IMG/VR virus record: IMGVR_UViG_3300045988_023818
Location: 1 to 6,356 of that record
DNA: 6,356 bases
Origin: a virus
Strand: one strand, 5' to 3'
The notes under the pieces were generated by a model that saw only the letters and a list, made by a program, of their open reading frames with translations, did no database searches and was not told where the DNA came from. The translations under genes and the position numbers were made by a program. This document shows, piece by piece, positions 1 to 3,242 of the stretch; the first letter of the stretch is position 1, and every line of letters begins with the position of its first letter.

Positions 1-55
1 AAGGAAGGCAAATAGGTTCCAAGAGAAAGACTATGTGTCAAAGACAACGCTTGAA
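1..55. repeat. Terminal redundancy copy A, identical to 6302-6356. This is a circular-permutation or assembly overlap.
   Basis: Base-by-base comparison: aaggaaggcaaataggttccaagagaaagactatgtgtcaaagacaacgcttgaa occurs at 1-55 and at 6302-6356. The repeat runs to the window end, so its true length is not bounded. Confidence 0.95.
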
Positions 56-353
56 TCTGATTAATGTCCTGCATCTGAGTCAATACAGAAGGCGCAGATT
101 TCCAAAGAAGACGCAACGGCACAGCATAGAAATCAAAATACTCACGAAGACGAGTATAAGCAGACGTTTCAACCGGCTGAGTACGGGTAAAATACTCAAT
201 GTTAAACTTATACTTATCACCGGGCATCGAAATATCCCAGTAAACAGGAAGAAGCTCACCAACCTTTGCGGTAAACGCATTTTTACGTCCAATATCAAAA
301 CCAGAACGGTGAGGATGGTTCTGGAGATTGGACATTCCAGTGTAAGAAGCCAT
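1..353 (-). CDS. Major capsid protein (Microviridae VP1/F-like), N-terminal segment. It continues across the circular junction into 6301..4792.
   Basis: Minus-strand ATG at 353 (cat at 351-353). Hand translation gives MASYTGMSNLQNHPHRSGFDIGRKNAFTAKVGELLPVYWDISMPGDKYKFNIEYFTRTQPVETSAYTRLREYFDFYAVPLRLLWKSAPS..., which carries the conserved N-terminal signature of Microviridae capsid proteins (RSGFD..FTAK.GELLPV..PGD). The frame is continuous with ORF 4792..6348 when 6302-6356 is overlaid on 1-55. The total is 353 + 1510 = 1863 nt, or 620 aa plus stop. Confidence 0.93.
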   Translation of the reverse strand, partial: MASYTGMSNLQNHPHRSGFDIGRKNAFTAKVGELLPVYWDISMPGDKYKFNIEYFTRTQPVETSAYTRLREYFDFYAVPLRLLWKSAPSVLTQMQDINQIQALSLTHSLSLGTYLPS

Positions 354-362
354 AAAAAAAAA
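354..362 (-). promoter_or_regulatory. T9 homopolymer (A9 on the plus strand) directly abutting the VP1 start codon. Probably an unstructured U-rich translation leader.
   Basis: The minus strand reads CTATTTTTTTTTATG. No Shine-Dalgarno motif lies between the VP4 stop (383-385) and the VP1 ATG (353). Confidence 0.35.
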
Positions 363-379
363 TAGTTAAGGTTTAAGTA

Positions 380-395
380 TTATCAATCTTGATAA
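380..395. repeat. Inverted repeat TTATCAA-tc-TTGATAA overlapping the VP4 stop codon.
   Basis: ttatcaa (380-386) and ttgataa (389-395) are exact reverse complements separated by 2 nt. The VP4 TGA corresponds to tca at 383-385. Confidence 0.7.
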
Positions 396-2065
396 GAAAA
401 GATACCAGACAAGTCATTAAGCTTCTTGTGCTTGACCTTATCCCGACACTTCATAAGTGACGCGGCAGCCAAACGACGAACAAGAGGCAATTGCTTATAA
501 GGTGTTTCCTCATCAAGAACAGTTTTATCATAACGGAAGGAGTAGTTCCGAAGCTCCATATCAAGTAAATCTTTATCATCAGAATCTTCCAAAGTCTGAT
601 AAAAATCAACAAGACGGGAATAATCGTAACGACGCCAAAAATCTACTATCTTCTCGGAGAAGACTCGTAAAAATCTCTCTCGGCCGCTGGCATATTCTCC
701 AAGTCCGAAGACGGGTGTGCCATCCGATACGTACATTCGTAAACTTTTCGCAATTCCGAGAAAAAAGCGGTATAATCGGGCTATGCGATGAACACTTTCC
801 AAATCGACACCATCATACAAACGACATTCAGACAAAATGAGAATATCACTATGCGGGAGATTTTCCTTAGGTGAAAGAACATTTCTTTCGTCATTTCGTT
901 TTCCATAATTGTCTACATAATTTAAATACTGTTTACAAAAAGATAATATACTTTGTTTGGAAGAGTTATTCCAAGGGTCACAATCTAAACCACCGCATCC
1001 GCTATGAATGACTCGTAAGGGCGCTGTGAACGCAGCAGATAATAACTGGTAAACGTTCGATGGAGATTGACGAATAGCGTCTGAAAATCTGGGGAATACT
1101 CGAAGGAGATACGACCATGAAGGCTTAATCGTGCGAAAAAAGCCATCGCGCTCAATGCTGACTCCATTAAGGCACTTATCGGCAACTTCGTCAATTTCGG
1201 TAATTTGTACCGTTTGAGGAAAGAGATTTGACTCTGTAAATCCAATGGAATGGAAGGATTTAGGTCGCACCACTTTTGGCATCTGAGTATAAAAGTCGGG
1301 TAAAGCGACAAAACTATTAACATACGACGCAACATACGGAGCTGCGAATCCTCGCGACAATGATGCATCACAACGTCCGTAAGACCATGCCTTAGATACA
1401 TTTTCAAGAACAGTTTCCGAGAATCGTTCGGAATTGGAAAACAGTAACAGATGCCAATGCGGGCGGAAACTTGTAGGGCCGTATTCTGATACAGCGTAAT
1501 AACGTAATTTTTCATCTGGATAATAACTGCGTAAACGTTTTAAAAATAAGTCAAGATCACGATTACAAACATAAGGTATTCTATTTGGAACAGGATACTT
1601 AATTTTGCCAAGAATAGCCAACAAATCCTTCGGATACATAGGGTAGGAGAAACGAACCTCTGGATCTTTAAAAGTACGTTCAACCGTAGAATTCTTCAAA
1701 CGGAGAGAAGCGGAACGAGGAACGCTGCGAAAACCAAACAGATAACGATTAGAGTCACAAGCGTCCAAGTTATCAATATCGGGAACGCAGGATACATCCG
1801 CAACATCATCCGTACAATTTTCAACAATCTCAACCTGTAATGTAGGCAAAAAACAATTAGCATAAGTAAGAGTAACAAAATAGACAAAACGGAATTGAGA
1901 AGAATAAGAAGTAAGCAAGTTAGTCTGAATACCCGAACGACGGAGAATACAAGAAGGGCATTGACCACAAGAAACCAAAACGGGTTCATGGGTGTACTTA
2001 TTGATAACCGTACGAGGGTTCTGACAACGAGTCACTAACTTATTCTGCAATTCCTTGGTAATCAT
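383..2065 (-). CDS. Rolling-circle replication initiator (Microviridae VP4 / phiX174 A-like HUH endonuclease).
   Basis: 560-aa ORF. Motif I is FVTLTY. The HUH motif is RPHWHLLLF, with CAT TGG CAT verified at 1459..1451. The two-tyrosine motif is APYVASYVNS, with Y codons verified at 1336..1334 and 1324..1322, and it closely resembles my recollection of the phiX174 A catalytic-tyrosine motif (YVAKYV). An N-terminal CGQCPSC Cys cluster is typical of the family. The start overlaps the upstream gene's stop as ATGA (2065..2062). Confidence 0.93.
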   Translation of the reverse strand: MITKELQNKLVTRCQNPRTVINKYTHEPVLVSCGQCPSCILRRSGIQTNLLTSYSSQFRFVYFVTLTYANCFLPTLQVEIVENCTDDVADVSCVPDIDNLDACDSNRYLFGFRSVPRSASLRLKNSTVERTFKDPEVRFSYPMYPKDLLAILGKIKYPVPNRIPYVCNRDLDLFLKRLRSYYPDEKLRYYAVSEYGPTSFRPHWHLLLFSNSERFSETVLENVSKAWSYGRCDASLSRGFAAPYVASYVNSFVALPDFYTQMPKVVRPKSFHSIGFTESNLFPQTVQITEIDEVADKCLNGVSIERDGFFRTIKPSWSYLLRVFPRFSDAIRQSPSNVYQLLSAAFTAPLRVIHSGCGGLDCDPWNNSSKQSILSFCKQYLNYVDNYGKRNDERNVLSPKENLPHSDILILSECRLYDGVDLESVHRIARLYRFFLGIAKSLRMYVSDGTPVFGLGEYASGRERFLRVFSEKIVDFWRRYDYSRLVDFYQTLEDSDDKDLLDMELRNYSFRYDKTVLDEETPYKQLPLVRRLAAASLMKCRDKVKHKKLNDLSGIFSYQD

Positions 2066-2370
2066 TTTCTATCAGTAAAATCTAATTCCATAAGGCGAGG
2101 CTTACGGAGACGAGTAAAAGAAATATGAACAAAAGTGCGATACTTTATAAGCTGGTCGAATTCAAATCCGGAATCCTTGACTTTCAGAATAAAACTATCT
2201 AACGAAAAATCAAGAGGTTTCAAATCAATAGCATCTCCAGTCAAGTGTTGAGAGTTTTTAGAACCTCCGCATGCTTTATTTTCAGAATCAGTACGAAAGG
2301 CGGAAGTAACAGTAAACTTAACATTATTCCGAAGAAGCCATTCAACAAACTTCATTAACTTGGCATTCAT
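2062..2370 (-). CDS. Zn-dependent peptidase, M15 family (Peptidase_M15_3 / M15A-like cell-wall hydrolase). Candidate endolysin.
   Basis: 102-aa ORF. SAFRTDSENKACGGSKNSQHLTGDAIDL matches the S-x-[FY]-R...N...GG...S-x-H-x6-D metal-binding signature. H42 is CAC at 2247..2245 and D49 is GAT at 2226..2224. The distal FVHIS histidine, H82, is CAT at 2127..2125. No obvious signal peptide is present. The gene is coupled to VP4 through the ATGA overlap. Confidence 0.85.
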   Translation of the reverse strand: MNAKLMKFVEWLLRNNVKFTVTSAFRTDSENKACGGSKNSQHLTGDAIDLKPLDFSLDSFILKVKDSGFEFDQLIKYRTFVHISFTRLRKPRLMELDFTDRK

Positions 2371-2373
2371 GAC

Positions 2374-2463
2374 CTACGGAAACATCTGAGCAATAGACGT
2401 AAGAAGACTAACAGCAGCTGCAATAATTGCAGACCAGATCTTAGATTTAGTTTCACTTTTCAT
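2374..2463 (-). CDS. Possible 29-aa single-pass membrane peptide (MKSETKSKIWSAIIAAAVSLLTSIAQMFP). Candidate holin-like or lysis accessory peptide.
   Basis: ATG at 2463..2461 and TAG at 2376..2374, 3 nt upstream of the peptidase ATG (2370). It has a charged N-terminus followed by a hydrophobic segment of about 20 residues. By hand count, 16 of 29 codons end in T, like the bona fide phage genes. It fills what would otherwise be a 79-nt gap in a very compact genome. It is the C-terminal part of track ORF 2374..2562. Confidence 0.35.
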   Translation of the reverse strand: MKSETKSKIWSAIIAAAVSLLTSIAQMFP

Positions 2464-2647
2464 CAGAAATTGGCTTAAAAGTTGAACACTGGGAAAGAAT
2501 AATAACACAATCGGGATGAAGATTAGAAGAAACAAACTCAGAAACTTCATCAACTGAAACAAGAACGGTCTCGTTCTGATTAGGATTAACCTTTGACTGG
2601 ATAGAACACAAATAATACTTTTCCATAATCAAAATAAATTTTATCAT
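2453..2647 (-). CDS. Hypothetical protein, 64 aa, or 57 aa if translation starts at the ATG at 2626.
   Basis: It is the first ORF after the large intergenic region and has the same orientation as all other genes. By hand count, 37 of 64 codons end in T (GTT, TCT, AAT, CTT, GAT), matching VP1 codon usage. I recognise no family motif. Confidence 0.55.
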   Translation of the reverse strand: MIKFILIMEKYYLCSIQSKVNPNQNETVLVSVDEVSEFVSSNLHPDCVIILSQCSTFKPISDEK

Positions 2648-2657
2648 TAAACAAAGG

Positions 2658-2665
2658 CAAATATA
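2658..2665 (-). promoter_or_regulatory. Candidate Bacteroidota-type -7 promoter box (TATATTTG, which fits TAnnTTTG).
   Basis: Plus-strand caaatata at 2658-2665 reads TATATTTG on the minus strand. This sits just upstream of the first gene of the minus-strand gene block. I could not find a clean -33 TTTG partner. Confidence 0.3.
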
Positions 2666-2707
2666 TAGGGAAAGTTCAATATGTAGAGAATGTTAATATA
2701 AGAAATA

Positions 2708-2718
2708 ACATTTATAAA
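2708..2718. repeat. Direct repeat copy 1 of ACATTTATAAA.
   Basis: The same exact 11-mer occurs at 2748-2758, 40 bp away, in the AT-rich half of the intergenic region. Confidence 0.8.
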
Positions 2719-2747
2719 CGCAAAACAGTTGTAATTAACAAAATAAT

Positions 2748-2761
2748 ACATTTATAAATGT
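2748..2761. repeat. Perfect 14-bp palindrome ACATTTATAAATGT, which contains direct repeat copy 2.
   Basis: The sequence at 2748-2761 equals its own reverse complement. Its first 11 nt repeat 2708-2718. Confidence 0.85.
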
Positions 2762-2810
2762 GATAAATATGAAGGTCTGTGAGTTTACGTATATAAGACA
2801 AGAAAGGTAT

Positions 2811-2835
2811 GAAAGCGATGAGGTAAATCGCTTTC
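2811..2835. other. Hairpin with a 9-bp perfect stem, GAAAGCGAT / ATCGCTTTC, and a 7-nt loop.
   Basis: 2811-2819 is the exact reverse complement of 2827-2835. The loop is gaggtaa (2820-2826). Confidence 0.75.
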
Positions 2836-2843
2836 CCTTCGGG
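2835..2843. other. Mini-hairpin CCC-TTC-GGG, which reads CCC-GAA-GGG on the minus strand.
   Basis: cccttcggg lies at 2835-2843. It can extend through TTT/AAA (2832-2834 with 2845-2847). It overlaps the 3' arm of the 2811-2835 hairpin. Confidence 0.65.
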
Positions 2844-2855
2844 TAAACTCATGTA

Positions 2856-2864
2856 GGCTTCGCC
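2856..2864. other. Mini-hairpin GGC-TTC-GCC, which contains GCGAAGC on the minus strand.
   Basis: ggcttcgcc lies at 2856-2864, with a 3-bp stem and a 3-nt loop. Confidence 0.6.
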
Positions 2865-2898
2865 AATATCCAGAGACTTTAAAGTATTCTGATTTTTT

Positions 2899-2915
2899 TG
2901 CTCGCGGTGCTCGCG
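2899..2915. repeat. Tandem direct repeat TGCTCGCG-g-TGCTCGCG.
   Basis: The exact 8-mer occurs at 2899-2906 and 2908-2915. Its CGCG cores can also pair with each other (2903-2906 with 2912-2915). Confidence 0.75.
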
Positions 2916-2936
2916 CGTTCTTCACTGCGTTCATCA

Positions 2937-2977
2937 CTTAGACGATCCTTCTTCCTTCGGACTTGGATCGTTTTAAG
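2937..2977. other. Extended hairpin: CGATCC/GGATCG stem with flanking CTTA/TAAG pairing, capped by TCC-TTC-GGA.
   Basis: 2943-2948 is the exact reverse complement of 2965-2970. 2937-2940 pairs with 2974-2977. The apical tccttcgga lies at 2953-2961. Confidence 0.65.
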
Positions 2978-2994
2978 TAAATCGGCCAAATGGG

Positions 2995-3006
2995 GTCGCA
3001 AGCGAC
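2995..3006. other. Hairpin GTCG-CAAG-CGAC.
   Basis: A 4-bp stem (2995-2998 with 3003-3006) and a 4-nt loop, flanked by G4 runs. Confidence 0.5.
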
Positions 3007-3092
3007 AGGGGTGTTTAGGGGAGCAGTTACTTTTAAAAAGGAGAGGGAAGGAAGCTGCTATTCCGTTCGTTAAGGAAGGGAAGATGAACCCT

Positions 3093-3103
3093 ATGCTTCG
3101 CAT
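3093..3103. other. Mini-hairpin ATGC-TTC-GCAT, which contains GCGAAGC on the minus strand.
   Basis: atgcttcgcat lies at 3093-3103, with a 4-bp stem and a 3-nt loop. Confidence 0.6.
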
Positions 3104-3117
3104 CACATTTCAGTCAT

Positions 3118-3138
3118 ACTTCCCGAAATGTGGGAAGT
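3118..3138. other. Hairpin with a 7-bp perfect stem, ACTTCCC / GGGAAGT, and a 7-nt loop.
   Basis: 3118-3124 is the exact reverse complement of 3132-3138. The loop is gaaatgt. Confidence 0.75.
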
Positions 3139-3141
3139 GTA

Positions 3142-3162
3142 TAACCACGCTTCGCGCGGTTA
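3142..3162. other. Hairpin TAACC-a-CGC-TTC-GCG-c-GGTTA, with a GCGAAGC core on the minus strand.
   Basis: It has 8 Watson-Crick pairs. The single A/C mismatch (3147/3157) on the plus strand becomes a G-T (G-U) wobble on the minus strand, giving 9 contiguous pairs there. Confidence 0.7.
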
Positions 3163-3183
3163 CCAGAAATTACTCCAAACAGC

Positions 3184-3213
3184 AAAACCCGACGCGCATT
3201 ACTGCGAGCCGGG
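3184..3213 (-). terminator. Candidate rho-independent terminator downstream of VP2, ending the minus-strand gene block.
   Basis: The minus strand reads CCCGGCTCGC-AGTAAT-GCGCGTCGGG followed by TTTTGCTGTTTGG. The stem has 8 Watson-Crick pairs, 1 G-U and 1 mismatch. It begins 30 nt after the VP2 stop. The mismatch pattern pairs better on the minus strand than on the plus strand. Confidence 0.45.
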
Positions 3214-3242
3214 TAAAACAACAATGAAAAACAAACAATTAT

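Larger units (their letters stand above)
2811..3183. other. GC-enriched, hairpin-dense noncoding module. Candidate complementary-strand origin or structured RNA, of unrecognised family.
   Basis: At least eight local stem-loops are listed individually below. The composition is visibly more G+C-rich than the rest of the genome. ORFs crossing it use CGA/CGC for Arg instead of the genome-typical CGT and lack the T-ending codon bias. Confidence 0.6.

Noticed and set aside
985-1515. 176-aa same-strand ORF embedded in VP4. It raised the possibility of a phiX174-style overlapping gene, like B or K inside A.
   Set aside because: It lies in the +1 frame of VP4. Because the real genes strongly prefer T at codon position 3, the +1 frame has T-rich second positions. 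That removes stops (TAA, TAG and TGA all have A or G at position 2) and produces long pseudo-ORFs. No motif is recognisable. It is not fully excluded, and conservation analysis (synonymous-site constraint in VP4) would settle it.
2464-2562. N-terminal half of the 62-aa ORF, which would add a first transmembrane helix (FLSLFLLIFIPIVLLFF) and make a two-TMD holin.
   Set aside because: This part overlaps the 64-aa ORF in its +1 frame, so the same artefact explanation applies. Only about a third of its codons end in T, compared with more than half in the non-overlapping 29-aa tail. It is kept only as an alternative start in the finding.
2876-2899. Palindrome ACTTTAAAGT followed by a T7 run, considered as a plus-strand rho-independent terminator.
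   Set aside because: The stem is A/T-only and is separated from the T run by 7 nt. No plus-strand gene or promoter is evident for it to terminate.
2785-2934. Hand-found 49-aa basic minus-strand ORF (MNAVKNARAPRAKKSEYFKVSGYWRSLHEFTRRESDLPHRFHTFLVLYT), below the track's size cutoff. Considered as a possible small DNA-packaging protein.
   Set aside because: Four of its six Arg codons are CGA and none is CGT. Its T-ending bias is low (about 13 of 49). It spans the hairpins and runs into the AT-rich promoter region. It would be worth re-examining only if it is conserved in relatives.
2992-3021. Three GGGG runs (2992, 3008, 3018) on the plus strand suggest a G-quadruplex.
   Set aside because: There is no fourth G4 run nearby; the next run is a GGG about 24 nt downstream. 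One loop would be 12 nt and already forms its own hairpin. The runs are on the strand that is probably not packaged.
3046-3055. GGAAGGAAGC resembles the conserved domain IV segment of SRP (4.5S) RNA.
   Set aside because: Only this 10-mer matches. The surrounding GGAA-tetraloop helix and the symmetric and asymmetric loops of SRP RNA are absent. The element is part of a local purine-repeat family.
3059-3079. tRNA T-arm-like element ttcc-gttcgttaa-ggaa.
   Set aside because: It has only a 4-bp stem with a 9-nt loop. No acceptor, D or anticodon arms can be drawn around it.
2879-3106. 75-aa minus-strand ORF across the structured module.
   Set aside because: It has a GTG start. Only about one fifth of its codons end in T. 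Its Arg codons are mostly CGA/CGC, with a single CGT, whereas the genome norm is CGT. The reading frame runs straight through multiple perfect stem-loops.
2840-3217. The 8-nt direct repeat CGGGTAAA at 2840-2847 and 3210-3217 flanks most of the module and could be a target-site duplication of an inserted element.
   Set aside because: A single 8-mer coincidence within a roughly 600-nt region is expected by chance. The left copy lies inside the hairpin array rather than at its edge. There are no terminal inverted repeats and no transposase.
2898-3227. 109-aa basic plus-strand ORF across the structured module. It could have been a J/VP8-like DNA-binding protein.
   Set aside because: It starts at TTG and lies on the opposite strand to every other gene. 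Its Arg/Lys richness follows from the CG- and AAG-rich hairpin sequence. No upstream promoter or initiation context is evident.
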